In this document: in pieces, positions 62,488-64,000 of the stretch
How positions within the stretch are numbered: the first letter of the stretch is position 1
Layout of the letters: every line of letters begins with the position of its first letter
Assembly (NCBI GenBank): GCA_002269645.1
Contig: NIVC01000149.1
Span: 1 to 64,000 of the forward strand
Origin: Macrostomum lignano
Taxonomy: Eukaryota
Length of the DNA: 64,000 nt
Direction of reading: 5' to 3'
Position numbers and translations under genes: made by a program
The notes under the pieces: generated by a model
What the model was told of the DNA's origin: nothing
The model's input: only the letters and a program-made list of their open reading frames with translations
The model's database searches: none

Positions 62488-63353
62488 GTGCTACTAATGT
62501 TAGGCAAAGTTAGCCAAAAATTACAAGTTAAAGCAAAATTAAGCTAAGCTAAGCAATTTGCATTTTGCCTTAAACAAATTTAAAGCAAATCATTTAGGTC
62601 TGTTACAATAGGGACTCATTTTTTAGTAACGTTTCTAGCTTTTCATGAACATCTTAATATAAAATTTTAAAATAAAGTATTAGCTCATAACTCCGTATAA
62701 ACTCTTTAAAAACAAGTTAATGACAATAAATTACAAGCGCGCGGCTAAAATTTTAACATTACCTTTAAGTGTATTCCGAAAGCTTGGAATTGACATTCAG
62801 ACGTACAAGACACTTTACAAACCTCTAAGGCACTTAAATGTACTTTACAAACCTATAGGTACTACTTTTAGGCAGTCCTTTATAAAGTACTTCAGTCCCT
62901 TAGGCACTTAGCCGCTGTACATGTAAAATTGTTCTTGCAGTCATATCCCTGCTCAACTCTGACAATCACTTGCATTCACCAAAGATCACCAAAGTCTTGC
63001 AGGGAGCATGAGAATCGCCCTCGGGAGATTTGCCTGCCGAGCAATTCTCATTGACCCATATGTACAGAAATGTTTTTTCAGCAAACTCTACTCAAAGTAG
63101 GTAGGCCACTAAAAATCTGAGCTTAATCTTCAGTAAGAAATTAACTTTTACTACGAAGCTCTTTGCAGAATCCGCTTGTTCAGGAATCCTTAACCAGTTG
63201 CAGCAAGAGGCTAAAGCAGTGCCGTATACCAATATTGAAATAATTGACCTAAAAAAAAGACAAATATATTCAATATGGGGCAAAACAGCTGAGTCCACAA
63301 AAAGGCATTTGCTCTAAAGAAATATAATTAAGGTTAATTAGTCCAGCTAATTG

Positions 63354-63613
<260 letters not shown>

Positions 63614-63616
63614 CAG

Positions 63617-63730
63617 ATTGGAGAGAGGGCAGCTGTGGGCTTGAGGCGTCACAACAATGCAGGCTCCGCCAGTTTCTACTCAGAGCCAGCCGTTGCCCGG
63701 GCACTCCCGTTCCGCTGCACTGTTGGCCCG
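63617..63730 (+). other. Possible 114-nt exon of an unidentified gene
   Basis: GC-rich island between cag| and a consensus GTGAGT donor, length divisible by 3, two frames open. No polypyrimidine tract and no recognisable homology. Confidence 0.22.
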
Positions 63731-64000
63731 GTGAGTAATTGTTTTAATCTGGGTTTTTGACAAGAAGTCAGGCAATCAACAGGTTCAAACCAGGCCATAG
63801 TTGTCCTTTCAGAGAGGTAAGTAGGTGAGCACTTTCTGCGGAATTAATGATGAAGCCGCTGCATCACGCGTTAACTGCATCAGCCCACAGCCAGTTGGCA
63901 TCGGGGTGCCTAATTGCGTTGTCGGGTTCTCCTTTATTTCTGAATCACGCAAAAAAACTAATTTAAGAATATTGAAACAGGTCTCTATGCTATTCTTTTA

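Overview
Eukaryotic (metazoan) genomic DNA. High-GC3 exons sit among about 30 different tandem-repeat arrays covering roughly 25 kb (~40%, my tally). The style suggests a free-living flatworm such as Macrostomum, but that is inference only. Six protein-coding genes are supported: the 3' exons of KATNAL2 (+); a ~990-aa DSTYK-like kinase (-) with two 1-nt frameshifts; two paralogous orphan rhodopsin-type peptide GPCRs in convergent orientation (one with a 1-nt frameshift); a six-exon MFSD1-like lysosomal transporter (-); and RFC5 (-). Also present are two tRNA-derived SINE families (one with a MIR/CORE-like central domain), a hAT-type MITE with an 8-bp TSD, a CACTA/EnSpm-type non-autonomous element inside an 8-kb AT-rich block, and a 2.4-kb pure (GATA)n tract. 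The most unusual signal is the repeat biology. Most introns carry their own private minisatellite, often abutting splice acceptors. Some arrays are visibly seeded from retroposon ends, and unrelated arrays share core motifs (TGACA; GGGAGTGAGGTGGGTG). No CRISPR, rRNA or intact tRNA is supported. All alignments were done by eye and no database was searched.
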